Assembly (NCBI GenBank): GCA_965203515.1
Contig: OZ241907.1
Coordinates: 320,001-384,000 of the forward strand
Origin: Spirochaetia bacterium
GTDB taxonomy: Bacteria > Spirochaetota > Spirochaetia > SZUA-6 > Bin103
Length of the DNA stretch: 64,000 nt
Direction: 5' to 3'
The notes under the pieces were generated by a model. The model saw nothing but the letters and a program-made list of their open reading frames with translations, did no database searches and was not told the origin of the DNA. Each line of letters begins with the position of its first letter. Position 1 is the first letter of the stretch. This document shows positions 28,753-38,307 of the stretch, one piece after another. The position numbers were made by a program, and so were the translations under genes.

Positions 28753-30330
28753 ATGAAGAGACTGATTCTCATCCCCACGATGCTCGCGCTGATCGCGGCG
28801 GGAGCTTTTGCGACCGGTGAGGAGGAGGGTTCCGGGGCGGCGCCGACGCTGGTCTACTGGACCGACAACCCGAACCTGACGTCGGACGCGCCGCTGTACG
28901 CCATCGTCCTGGAAGAGGCGCAGGTGCAGCTCGACGTCACCGGGATTCCGGAGGAGTCCTACGGCGACAAGCTCCAGCTTGCGGCGGCCGCCGGCGACAT
29001 GCCCGACGTCATGGGACGGATCATCGACTCGGTCGTGCGGCCGCTCGGCTACGACGGGTTCTTGATGCCGCTCCGCGACGTCACCATGGAAAAGGTGCCC
29101 AACCTGTGGCAGGCGATCGAGATGCGGGGCCTCAACATCGCCGCGCACTCCGGTCTGTTCGGCGACGGCACGGGCGAGTTCTGGATGGCGCCGCGCTTCG
29201 GCTACAATGGCATCTGCAACGCCGCCACCTATCGCGTCGACGTGTTCGACGCCATCGGCATGGACCCGCCGACCACCACCGAAGAGCTGCGCGAGGCGGC
29301 CATGGCGATCAAGGCGGAGTTCCCGGACATGATCCCGATCATGACGCGCGCCGCGTGGGCGACCCGGATGTGGTTCGGGGAGATGTTCGGGATCAAGTTC
29401 GTGCCGATGGGCACGGTCGAGGAGACGACCGACGCCTACCGCGACATGGTCCGGTATCTGGCCGATCTCTACCGGGACGGGCTGATCGATCAGGAGTGGA
29501 TCACCGGCAGCGAGGAGCAGCTCAAGCAGGCGTACAACGCCGGCCGCGTGGCGATGGAGTACGGCTTCGGCGCGTTCTCCATGCCGGGGCGCATCGGCGC
29601 GTTCATGGCCGAGCGCGGCATCACCGCCGAGGATCACGCCGCCTCCAACACGTCCGAAGCGGCCGCCAGGGCGTATGCGGCGCGCTACCATGAGGTCGTC
29701 GGCTTCCTGGACCCGATCACGGTCCAGCCCGGTGACCGGGTGGTGCCGGGGTGCATCTCCAACACCCGCGGCGGCTTCGAGGACAGCGGTCTGTCGGTCA
29801 GCACCTCCGTAGCGGACGAGGACGCCGCCATGCGGCTGCTCAACTGGGTGTACCAGCCGGACGCCAGCGGCCATCATACCGGCGGCTGGGGCCAGCAGGG
29901 CACCGGCTGGGACTTCGATGCCGACGGCGTCGGCCGCACCCTGCCGAGCAAGGACCCCGATTTCCTGGGCGACGCCGCGTTCCGGATGATGCCGGACGTG
30001 GGCCGCGTGTCGTCGAACGCCCTCTATCACACGCTGGTCGACATGGATCGCCGCGTGGCGGACCGCGCCTTCATGGAGACCCGTGACGTGATCGCGTTCG
30101 CGGACGACCGCGACCGCCAGCGCCACAACGACCTGCGCGCGCAGATCGGGCCGATCATCAGCGAGTGGATGGCCAGGTTCGCGACCCTGCAAGCCGACGT
30201 CGACTCCCAGTGGGACGACTATCTGGCCGAGCTGAAGCGGGCCGGGCTCGAGGAGTACGAGCAGCTCAAGAAGGACAACCTGGTCGAAGGTGTCCCGCAC
30301 GTGCAGCCGCTCTCCCAGTTCATGAACTGA
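28753..30330 (+). CDS. ABC extracellular solute-binding protein
   Basis: Signal MKRLILIPTMLALIAAGAFATGEEE, AAAGDMPD, PPTTTEEL, WDDYLAELKRAG; purine-rich RBS. Confidence 0.85.
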   Translation: MKRLILIPTMLALIAAGAFATGEEEGSGAAPTLVYWTDNPNLTSDAPLYAIVLEEAQVQLDVTGIPEESYGDKLQLAAAAGDMPDVMGRIIDSVVRPLGYDGFLMPLRDVTMEKVPNLWQAIEMRGLNIAAHSGLFGDGTGEFWMAPRFGYNGICNAATYRVDVFDAIGMDPPTTTEELREAAMAIKAEFPDMIPIMTRAAWATRMWFGEMFGIKFVPMGTVEETTDAYRDMVRYLADLYRDGLIDQEWITGSEEQLKQAYNAGRVAMEYGFGAFSMPGRIGAFMAERGITAEDHAASNTSEAAARAYAARYHEVVGFLDPITVQPGDRVVPGCISNTRGGFEDSGLSVSTSVADEDAAMRLLNWVYQPDASGHHTGGWGQQGTGWDFDADGVGRTLPSKDPDFLGDAAFRMMPDVGRVSSNALYHTLVDMDRRVADRAFMETRDVIAFADDRDRQRHNDLRAQIGPIISEWMARFATLQADVDSQWDDYLAELKRAGLEEYEQLKKDNLVEGVPHVQPLSQFMN

Positions 30331-30350
30331 ACGACGGAGGCCGTTTTTCC

Positions 30351-30386
30351 GGCGGCTCCGGACCGGCGCGTCCGGAGCCGCCTTTT
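30351..30386 (+). terminator. Rho-independent terminator
   Basis: GGCGGCTCCGGAC / GTCCGGAGCCGCC 13-bp stem followed by TTTT. Confidence 0.8.
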
Positions 30387-30513
30387 CGACCGCAGCCCGT
30401 TTCACCGGGATGTTGACCGGCGTCATCGCATCGTCTACCTTGCCGGGACCAAAGATACCGATCCGGGCGCCTCGTGAAGGGCGTCGCGTCGGGAACACGA
30501 CAGGAGGAACGCG

Positions 30514-31407
30514 ATGACGTCCAAAGGTCTCAGGCGGGCGGTGACGCTGCTGGCGATGGCAGGCGCGGCAACGGTCGGCGCATACGCGCAGCAGATGCCG
30601 CCGCCGGTCGCCAATCAGCTTGCCGACGGCGTCTATTACTGGTATGCGATGGGGTACGGCAGCCTCGTCGTCGTTTCGGGAGAGGACGTGCTGGTGACCG
30701 AGCCGGCCAACGACCTGCGGGCGCCGATGCTGCAGGCGTACGTCGCCACGCTCACGGACCATCCCATCTCCCACATCGTCATGACGCACGAGCATTTCGA
30801 TCACGTCGGCGGCACCGGTCTGTTCCCGGACGCCGCGGTCTACTGCCACGTCAACTGCCAGCCGATCTTCGACCTGGCGGTCGCGCCGTTCAACGACGTG
30901 CCGGAGGTCGACGAGACCTTCACCGACTTCAAGCGGATCATGGTCGGCGACACGCCCGTGGAGCTCCATCACCTGGGTCCCGGCGACGGCGATGCGACCA
31001 CGGTCGTCTACCTGCCGGGGGAGAAGATCGTCCTGACCGCCGATCTGTACGAAGATCAGCAGCTCACCGGCGCCGCCTGGGTCGATGACAAGAACTTCAC
31101 CGGCACCCGCAACATTCTGAACACCATCAGCGCATGGGACCTGGAGCACGCGCTCACCTCCCATTCCGTTTCGACCGATCCTCAGGTCCTGCGCGACAAC
31201 GCCCAGTACTACAACGATCTCTTCGATGCGGTGTACCAGCAGATGAAGCAGGCGCGGGACGAAGGCGGTCCGTTTGCCGTGTTCGGGCTGCTCGAATCCC
31301 TGCCGGGATCGATCCAACTCGATCAGTACAGCGGTTGGGCGAACTACGACTCCGCGCTCTCCAGTCACGCGCGGCGGATGATGTTTGCCATCTTCCACGC
31401 CGATTGA
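30514..31407 (+). CDS. Secreted MBL-fold metallo-hydrolase
   Basis: THEHFDH motif, signal peptide ending AYA|Q, AGGAGG RBS. Confidence 0.85.
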   Translation: MTSKGLRRAVTLLAMAGAATVGAYAQQMPPPVANQLADGVYYWYAMGYGSLVVVSGEDVLVTEPANDLRAPMLQAYVATLTDHPISHIVMTHEHFDHVGGTGLFPDAAVYCHVNCQPIFDLAVAPFNDVPEVDETFTDFKRIMVGDTPVELHHLGPGDGDATTVVYLPGEKIVLTADLYEDQQLTGAAWVDDKNFTGTRNILNTISAWDLEHALTSHSVSTDPQVLRDNAQYYNDLFDAVYQQMKQARDEGGPFAVFGLLESLPGSIQLDQYSGWANYDSALSSHARRMMFAIFHAD

Positions 31408-31435
31408 CCGCCGATTGACCGGAGTCGTCCCGGGC

Positions 31436-32533
31436 ATGGGCGTGGAGTATCCGCCGGAAGGGCGCGCGCGTACCGATCCGCATACGGGCGCGCGCGTCCG
31501 TCAGGTGACCGACCACCCGTCGATAAACCATCATCCGTTCTACTACCTGCCGCCCATGGACGACGCCATGCGCCACTTGGTGTTCGTCTCGCACCGGAGC
31601 GGACGGCCGGAGATCTTCGTCGAGCAGCAGCAGGACGGGACGCTGGTGCAGCTCACCGAGCACGACGGACTGGCCGAGTGGTCGGTCCACCCCTCCCATG
31701 ACGGCCGCTACGTCTACTTCACCGACGCCGGCGGCGGCTGGCGGGTCGAAGTCGGCACGCGGCGGGAGGAGCAGCTATTCTCGTTCGACGACGGTCGCAT
31801 CGGGGTCGACGGTCACGTCGGCGCGGCCATGGGGACCACCACGGTGAGCCGGGACGACCGCTGGTGGGCGGTGCCGGTGAGCTTCGGGGAGCGCTCCCGC
31901 ATGCTGGTGGTCGCTACCGGCAGCGGCGCCGCCGACTACGTGCTGGAGGCGGACAGCATCGGCCACCCGGAGTTCCATCCCGACGACGCCGAATGGCTGC
32001 GCTACGCCGGTCCCTACCACGCGCGCATCCGCGTGGCGCGGCGGGACGGCAGCGAGGATCGGCTGGCCTACGAACGGGACGCCGCCGCCAGGGAGTGGAT
32101 CGTGCACGAGACGTGGCGCCCCGGCACGCGCGAGATCGTCACCACGCAGTGGCCGCACGGCATGATCGGCATCGACGTCGATACCGGCGCGGTGCGCCGC
32201 GTCTGTTCCTTCAATGCCTGGCACGCCGCCATCAGCCGCGACGGATCGAAGCTGGTGAGCGATACCACCTACCCGGACCGGGGGCTGATGGTGTTCGACG
32301 CCGCCGACGGCGTGGGCGCGCCGCAGCCGTTGTGCGCGTCTGCGTCCAGCAACGAGGGCGCGCACTGGAACACCGACCACTGTCCGTACGATGACGGCCC
32401 CACGACCGTGTACGCTCCGCAGCACACCCACCCGCACCCGGCGTTCTCCCCGGACGGCCGGCAGGTGGTGTTCACCAGCGACCGCGGCGGCTTCGCCCAG
32501 GTCTACGTCGCCGAGGCGCCGGACCGGCCATAG
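31436..32533 (+). CDS. Oligogalacturonate lyase (PL22)-like beta-propeller
   Basis: DPHTGARVRQVT N-terminus, HPFYY, HETW, WH, THPHPAFSPDG...FTSD. Confidence 0.7.
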   Translation: MGVEYPPEGRARTDPHTGARVRQVTDHPSINHHPFYYLPPMDDAMRHLVFVSHRSGRPEIFVEQQQDGTLVQLTEHDGLAEWSVHPSHDGRYVYFTDAGGGWRVEVGTRREEQLFSFDDGRIGVDGHVGAAMGTTTVSRDDRWWAVPVSFGERSRMLVVATGSGAADYVLEADSIGHPEFHPDDAEWLRYAGPYHARIRVARRDGSEDRLAYERDAAAREWIVHETWRPGTREIVTTQWPHGMIGIDVDTGAVRRVCSFNAWHAAISRDGSKLVSDTTYPDRGLMVFDAADGVGAPQPLCASASSNEGAHWNTDHCPYDDGPTTVYAPQHTHPHPAFSPDGRQVVFTSDRGGFAQVYVAEAPDRP

Positions 32534-32535
32534 TC

Positions 32536-35500
32536 TCAGGTCGGGCCGGCCCCGGTGCTCGGCGCGGGCGCCGACTCTTCGAGTGCGGCCAGCACGGTCG
32601 GCACGTAGCGCATCTGGCTCGACAGGCGCTTGCCCAGGTCGCGGTGGCCCTCCAGGTCGGGTAGCGCGCCGATCGCCGGCAGGGCGCGTTGCAGGCAGCG
32701 GCCGATCTCGGCATCGCCGGAGACCGCGAACGCATCGGCTACGCCTTCGATGATGATCTGGGTGCCGAATATCTCGCCGTGCGAGATGCGCCGCATCGTC
32801 GCGCAGCTTCCGCCGATGAACATGCCGTTCTCCTCGTCGAAGGTCTGGCGGACCAGCCAGCGTCCGCCGGCCAGGATGGCGCCGGCTACCGGCGGATCGT
32901 GCGTGAGGTCGTGGTAGCGCTTGAGGGCCGACAACAGCACGGTGACCATGAAGGCGATGTTGCCGCGGCAGTGCGGGTAGCCGCACCAGCAGTGGCCGGA
33001 GGTGAGCATCCGGGTCCAGCCGCCCGAGTCATCCTGCTTCTCCAGGATGCGGCGCACGACGATGGCGGCGCCGTTCGCGGCGCGGTGGTCGCCGGTGACC
33101 GCCGCCAGCATGGTCAGGTGGATCAGGTGCCAGCCGGCTTCGCGCACGGCGCTGAACTCGTAGTGGTCGAGCCGTTCGGGCTGCAGGAGCCAGCCGGCCG
33201 ATCGCAGCAGCGAGTCGCGCACGCCCTCGTCGCCGGTCAGCAGGTAGTGGAGCAGCGGGCCTTCGGCCCACATGTGCGACGGGACGCCGCGCGTGCCGGG
33301 AACCTTGCTGCGGAAGTTGGGCGGCAGATAGCCGCCCAGGTGGGCGGGCATGTGCAGCGCCTGCAGCCCCACGTGGCGCGGATCGTGGAAGGCGTTGACG
33401 GTATCGACGTCGGCCAGATGCCGGGCCGCCTGGGCTCCCCACGCGGCCCAGCCCGGGTCGCCGCCGCGCAGGAACTCCCAGTAGGCGCAGTAGGGGGTGT
33501 CGTATTCGTTGTTGCCCCAGCTCCAGTCGCCCTCGCCGTACCAGTCGCCGAAGTTGAGATGACCGTAGGCGCGCCAGCGCTCGCGGTCTTCGTGAAAGAG
33601 GCGCAGCGCGTCCGCGGCGAATCGCTCGTAGCGCGGCTGCTTCGATCCGTCCTTGGCGGCGAGCCGCGGCAGCGCCCCGGTCGCGTTGGCGTAGGCGGCG
33701 CCCGGACGGGCCGCGACCGGCGTCTCCAGCCAGTCGAACAGCGGCGCGACGGAGCTGCCGCTCGCCCCCTGCGGCGGCAGGCCGATGAGCAGCTCGGTGG
33801 TGAGCGCCATGCCTTCGCGCAGCAGGTAGCGGTCGGCCCGCAGCCACCGGTAGAGCCGCTGCCATGCCTCGTCGTCGCCGGGCGGCTCCTGCCCGGAGAG
33901 ATCGGGCAGGAGTTCCAGTCGGATGGCGTCGCTGCCGACGGCGATCCCTTTGGGGTAGTTCTGCCAGAAGTTGCGGATGCCGACGGCCAGTGCGTGGCCG
34001 GCCGGCGCATGGCCGGTGGCCGAGCGCACGAGGACGTGGCCGCGGGCGCGCCCATCGCGGCGCTGCCGGCCGGCGGCGGTGACGATCTCATGGGCCAGGT
34101 CGTGCTCGTGGCGCAGGCTCCACGGGCGGCCGCCGGTGACCTCGAACCGCTCGCCGGCCGCTTCGGCGGCAGCGGCCGTGAACGGGAGAGACAGTACGCA
34201 GGACCGGACGCCGAGGAGCGTGCGTTCCTCGGCCTCGCCGGGCTGGAATACCGGATCGGCGGCCGGATCCGCGCACAGGACCACCAGCCGGTGGTCGATC
34301 TTCACGAACGGCTGCTCGGCGTACGCATGGATGCGCAGCTCGCTGCGCAGCCGAGCGCGTCGGGCCGCGTCTCGGTGGATCGCATCGCAGCGGATCGTGG
34401 TCCGTAGCGGTCCGGCGTGTTCGACGGAGGCCGGGGCCGCCGCGGTATCGAGCCGCGTGCCGTCGGCCAACGTCACCCGCAGGGCTCCGGCCAGCGGACC
34501 GCCGGCGATCCGTCGGGCGGCGGTCCGGGCCTCCTGGCCCAACCGCTCGACGACGATCCAGTCCGCGGCGTGCGGCTGCACCGTCACCCGCAACGCCCGG
34601 TTCGCCGCGACGACGGCGCCGTCGTCGCGGCGGTCGACGTCGAGCCGGCCCTCCGGGTGCGCGGCTTCGGTTGCGCCCAACAGCACGCGGCAATCCGCGC
34701 GCCCGCCGGGCCGGAGCGAGGGCGGCACGGTGGTGTCGACGAGCACCCAGCGGGCCGAGCCATCGGGCCAACGGCTGTGGATACGGGCTTGGGCGGCGGA
34801 TGCACCCTCACCGCCGTCGCCCCACGCGAGTCGGGCGTCGCCGACCTCGGGCAGCGCGCCTCGGCGGACCGGCACGCCGAAGGTGAGCGGCAGGCCGGTC
34901 AGGGACGAGGCGGAGCCGGCGTCGCACAGCTCCACGTCCGCCTCGATGGCGCGAGTCGCAGCGTTCGGGCCGACCGGTTCGGGGCGTCGCGTGCTGAACT
35001 CGAAGACCGACTCGGTGCTCTCGCCATCCGGTTCGGTCGCGACCAGACGGGCGGTGCAGGTCCGGTCGAGCGGCAGGTCGGGGAGCGTGATCGTGTGCAG
35101 GGTCGACGGTCCGACTACGGTCGACGGTCCGACTACGGTCGACGGTCCGACTACGGTCGAAGGTCCGACTACGGTCGAAGGTCCGACTACGGTCGACGGT
35201 CCGACCGGGGTCGAAGGTCCGGCCGAGGCAGACTCCGCTACCGCGCTGCCGGTTCCGTCCCGGACGGAGACGACGACCGTGGACGGGGGATAGGTCAGGC
35301 AGTGGACGGTGGCTGCCGCCGCGTCCGTCGAGGCGGCGACCTCCACGTGGAGGCGCTCGATGCTCGGCGCGAACGAGCTCGGCTCCGGAGCATGCGCGAG
35401 CATCACGAAGCGCTCGATGCGGCACGCTCCGCGCCCCGAGCTCGAGAACTCCACCCACTTCACGCGGTCGTCGAAGACGATCGGACGGTCGATGACGATG

Positions 35501-35868
35501 AGGTGGCGGCGGTTGTCGTGGCGCCGCGGCTCCACGCGCCCCACCTCTTCCGAGCCGAGGCTGATCTCGAGCGGGAACTCCTCGCCCGCCTGATCGTAGA
35601 TGAGGGCTCCCAGGTAGTAGGTGCCCGGCAGCTTCGGGTTCCTGGGCGGCACGCGGAAGCGGTGGCGGACGGTGGTGGTGATGCCGGCCGCGGCCACCGC
35701 CGGCGGGCGATAGATGCTGTAGTTGGCGTAGCCGGTCAACCCCAGGTCGGGGACCCAGCCGTCCATCGACTCGCTGTCGATCGCCGGCCACGAATGATTG
35801 CCGGGTGCGGCGAGCAGCGCCTCGATCCGCGGTTCCTCGGCGACGTCGACGTGCGGGATCAGATCCAT
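32536..35868 (-). CDS. PL26/YetA-like multidomain lyase-like protein, paralogue 2
   Basis: LPLTFGVP, SRWPDGSARWVLVD, NFWQNYPK, GHLNFGD...WGNNEYD; ATG at 35868; collinear with 23497-26808. Confidence 0.65.
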   Translation of the reverse strand: MDLIPHVDVAEEPRIEALLAAPGNHSWPAIDSESMDGWVPDLGLTGYANYSIYRPPAVAAAGITTTVRHRFRVPPRNPKLPGTYYLGALIYDQAGEEFPLEISLGSEEVGRVEPRRHDNRRHLIVIDRPIVFDDRVKWVEFSSSGRGACRIERFVMLAHAPEPSSFAPSIERLHVEVAASTDAAAATVHCLTYPPSTVVVSVRDGTGSAVAESASAGPSTPVGPSTVVGPSTVVGPSTVVGPSTVVGPSTVVGPSTLHTITLPDLPLDRTCTARLVATEPDGESTESVFEFSTRRPEPVGPNAATRAIEADVELCDAGSASSLTGLPLTFGVPVRRGALPEVGDARLAWGDGGEGASAAQARIHSRWPDGSARWVLVDTTVPPSLRPGGRADCRVLLGATEAAHPEGRLDVDRRDDGAVVAANRALRVTVQPHAADWIVVERLGQEARTAARRIAGGPLAGALRVTLADGTRLDTAAAPASVEHAGPLRTTIRCDAIHRDAARRARLRSELRIHAYAEQPFVKIDHRLVVLCADPAADPVFQPGEAEERTLLGVRSCVLSLPFTAAAAEAAGERFEVTGGRPWSLRHEHDLAHEIVTAAGRQRRDGRARGHVLVRSATGHAPAGHALAVGIRNFWQNYPKGIAVGSDAIRLELLPDLSGQEPPGDDEAWQRLYRWLRADRYLLREGMALTTELLIGLPPQGASGSSVAPLFDWLETPVAARPGAAYANATGALPRLAAKDGSKQPRYERFAADALRLFHEDRERWRAYGHLNFGDWYGEGDWSWGNNEYDTPYCAYWEFLRGGDPGWAAWGAQAARHLADVDTVNAFHDPRHVGLQALHMPAHLGGYLPPNFRSKVPGTRGVPSHMWAEGPLLHYLLTGDEGVRDSLLRSAGWLLQPERLDHYEFSAVREAGWHLIHLTMLAAVTGDHRAANGAAIVVRRILEKQDDSGGWTRMLTSGHCWCGYPHCRGNIAFMVTVLLSALKRYHDLTHDPPVAGAILAGGRWLVRQTFDEENGMFIGGSCATMRRISHGEIFGTQIIIEGVADAFAVSGDAEIGRCLQRALPAIGALPDLEGHRDLGKRLSSQMRYVPTVLAALEESAPAPSTGAGPT
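35101..35221. repeat. 18-bp in-frame tandem repeat (~6.7 copies) encoding (VGPSTV)n
   Basis: Unit GGTCGA(C/A)GGTCCGACTAC read directly. Confidence 0.95.
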
Positions 35869-35885
35869 CGGCGCGCCGGGCGCTC

Positions 35886-37055
35886 TCAGGCGGGGATGTG
35901 GTCGGCCGCCGCCGCGTGCAGGAGCCAGAGCATCGCCGTGGTGATCACGCCCGACGGCGGCACGACCCGAACGTCGTAGCCCGGCAGGCGGATGCTGGCG
36001 TCGCCGTATTGCCAGTAGGCGTTGACGTGGATCTCGCCGGGGTGGGGGTAGATGGTCTCGATCTCCTTGCCGCCCATGATCCAGGCCGACCGCTCTACCG
36101 TCGCGCGGGCGGCGGCCAGCTCCGCCTCCGGGAAGGTGTAGTAGCCGTTGAAGACGTAGAAGTCTCCGGCTTGCAGGTCGGCCGTCTCGTCCCATTCCGG
36201 GAACAGCAGCCGGAAGAAGCCCGGATCGCCGTCCAGACCGCGCTGCGCGTGCAGGTTATGGCCGATCGAGGCGCACCACACCGCATGCCCGGCCGCGCGG
36301 GCGGCGGCGGCGACCGCGCCGATCTCGTCGATCCGGTCGAGCTCGGTCGCGCGAATGCCGGCCAGGCAGCGCAGCCATTCCGACAACAGCTCGCGTCCCT
36401 TCTGGCCGGCCGGCGAAGGGACGATCCGGTACTCACCGGGATCGTGGAAGGGTTTGCCCTCGTGCTGGCGGTTGCGGTCCCGACCGGTAGCGAGGCCGCC
36501 GCTCATCAGGAACACCGGCGCCCTGCCGAGCGCCGCGCAGGCGTTGGCCAGCTCGATGCACCAGAGCCATCCGGCGGCGATGTTCAGCGCGCTGGCCAGG
36601 GGACAGATGGTGGTATCGCCATAGGGGAGTACCGGCGCGCTGCCCGCCGGCAGCCCGGTGTCGATGAACGCCGGCGCCCGCGGACGGAGCGCCGAGTCGG
36701 CCGAGCCGATCAGGGTCACCGCCGCGCCGCGCTCGACCAGCCCGTCCAACAGCGATCCCTGGGCCGCGGCGGCGCGCTCCTGCGTGGCCGCCAGGACGAC
36801 GTCCCCGGCGGATACGGCGTCATCTATCTCGAACGTCTCGCCGCCGGGGAGGCCGCGCACCATCATCAAGCCGGACGCCCGGTGCTGGAGCTCGCTGACG
36901 AACCCCTCCTCGTCGCTGAGCGCCCACACCCGCCCGCCCGCGCAGGCGCGCTCGGCGGCCCGCGTGGCTGCGGCCGCGATCGAGGGAAGCTGCCGCTCCA
37001 GGCCGGTGAGTCCGGCCTGCGCGGCGTCGAGATATCGCTCGGCGAGTGATTTCAT
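35886..37055 (-). CDS. Hypothetical protein with two SIS-like (sugar-phosphate binding) halves
   Basis: IAAAATRAAERACAGGRV...GDVVL...FIDTG and a second similar alpha/beta half ending YGDASIRLPG...PPSGV. Confidence 0.55.
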   Translation of the reverse strand: MKSLAERYLDAAQAGLTGLERQLPSIAAAATRAAERACAGGRVWALSDEEGFVSELQHRASGLMMVRGLPGGETFEIDDAVSAGDVVLAATQERAAAAQGSLLDGLVERGAAVTLIGSADSALRPRAPAFIDTGLPAGSAPVLPYGDTTICPLASALNIAAGWLWCIELANACAALGRAPVFLMSGGLATGRDRNRQHEGKPFHDPGEYRIVPSPAGQKGRELLSEWLRCLAGIRATELDRIDEIGAVAAAARAAGHAVWCASIGHNLHAQRGLDGDPGFFRLLFPEWDETADLQAGDFYVFNGYYTFPEAELAAARATVERSAWIMGGKEIETIYPHPGEIHVNAYWQYGDASIRLPGYDVRVVPPSGVITTAMLWLLHAAAADHIPA

Positions 37056-37187
37056 GGGTGCGCTCGTCGCCGAGTGTAGCGCCTCGCGTCACGCGTGGCC
37101 AGGGCGTCGCGCCTCATCGGCCAAGGCGACGTGCCGCGCGCGGCAGCGTTGACGATCCGCGGCCTGCGCGGCACGCTGGCGAGCGCC

Positions 37188-38162
37188 GTGAAGATCGATT
37201 GCCAGAGTCATCTGTTCCCCGCCGGCTATGCCGAGGTGCTGAAGCGCAATCCCGGGTCACCGGCCACCACGGGGGGTGGGGGGCGCTACACCGTCGCCTA
37301 CGGCGACGTGCAGTCGTTCCGGCTCGACCTGGAGGACTACGGCGTGGCGCGCAAGCTCCGCGACATGGACGCCGCCGGCATCGACGTCAGCGTGGTGAGC
37401 GTGAACATGCCCGGCCCCGAGTTGCTGGAGAGCGAGCTGGCCGTGGAGGCGGCGCGGGTGTGCAATGACGAGCTGGCCGAGTCGTGCGCCCGCCATCCGC
37501 AGCGCCTGGTCGGCCTGGCGTGTCTGCCGTGGCAGAGTCCGGCCGCGGCGATCGCGGAGCTGGACCGGGCGGTCGGCCGGCTGGATATGCGCGGCGTCAT
37601 GCTCTACTCGCACGTCGGCACCGGCCCCGTCGACGGCGACGAGCTGGAGACCGTGTACGCCCGGATCGCTCAGCTCGGCGTACCGCTGGTCCTGCATCCG
37701 TGCGTGCCGCCGTGGGCCGCCGAGCTGCGCGACCACTCGATGATCACGATGGTAGGGTTGATGGTCGATCACAGCCTGGCCGCTTTGCGTCTGGTGCTGG
37801 GCGGCGTCCTGGAGCGGCATCCGGCGCTGCAGGTGGTGCAGCCGCATTGCGGCGGCGTGCTGCCGTACCTGTGGGGGCGCATCCGCAACCAGACCGAAGT
37901 GATGAAGCGCGGCATCGAGCGCATCTCGCAGACGCCCACCGAGCTCTACCGCCGGGTCTATCTCGACACCGCATCGCCGTGGCCGCCGGCCCTGCGCGTC
38001 GCCTGCGAGGTGGCCGGCGCCGACCGCATGTTGTTTGCGAGCGACCACCCATGGGTGGAGATCCGGCTCCTGATCGACGCGCTGGAGGAGCTTGGACTTC
38101 CCGGCGAGGACCTGCGGAGCATCTACGCCGGCAACGCCCGCCGGCTGTTCCGCATCGCGTGA
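37188..38162 (+). CDS. Amidohydrolase family protein (Amidohydro_2)
   Basis: IDCQSH, DMDAAGID, LVLHP, PHCGG, YLDT, LFASDHP, GNARRLF; GTG at 37188. Confidence 0.85.
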   Translation: MKIDCQSHLFPAGYAEVLKRNPGSPATTGGGGRYTVAYGDVQSFRLDLEDYGVARKLRDMDAAGIDVSVVSVNMPGPELLESELAVEAARVCNDELAESCARHPQRLVGLACLPWQSPAAAIAELDRAVGRLDMRGVMLYSHVGTGPVDGDELETVYARIAQLGVPLVLHPCVPPWAAELRDHSMITMVGLMVDHSLAALRLVLGGVLERHPALQVVQPHCGGVLPYLWGRIRNQTEVMKRGIERISQTPTELYRRVYLDTASPWPPALRVACEVAGADRMLFASDHPWVEIRLLIDALEELGLPGEDLRSIYAGNARRLFRIA

Positions 38163-38227
38163 CGTTCAGGGGAGGGCTGCCAGTGGGCGCCGGTGACAGT
38201 GCGGCCGCTCGGCGTCCGCAGCCCGCA

Positions 38228-38281
38228 GCGACCACGGTCTCGACCCCTGCGGTCGTTCCCTTGGAGAACGGCGACCGGCTC
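38228..38281 (+). pseudogene. Uma2-family endonuclease N-terminal remnant
   Basis: ATTVSTPAVVPLENGDRL matches the PLENGDRL start motif of a Uma2 subfamily; the rest is absent. Confidence 0.4.
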
Positions 38282-38307
38282 CAACCGTTCGAGCAATCCC
38301 CACTCAG

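Noticed and set aside
30514..31407. MBL-fold gene as a carbapenemase
   Set aside because: Only HxHxDH is evident; the later His ligand region reads GPGDGD, so resistance is unsupported.
35101..35221. Short repeat array as a possible CRISPR
   Set aside because: Head-to-tail 18-mers with no spacers, in frame within a gene, and no cas genes in the window.
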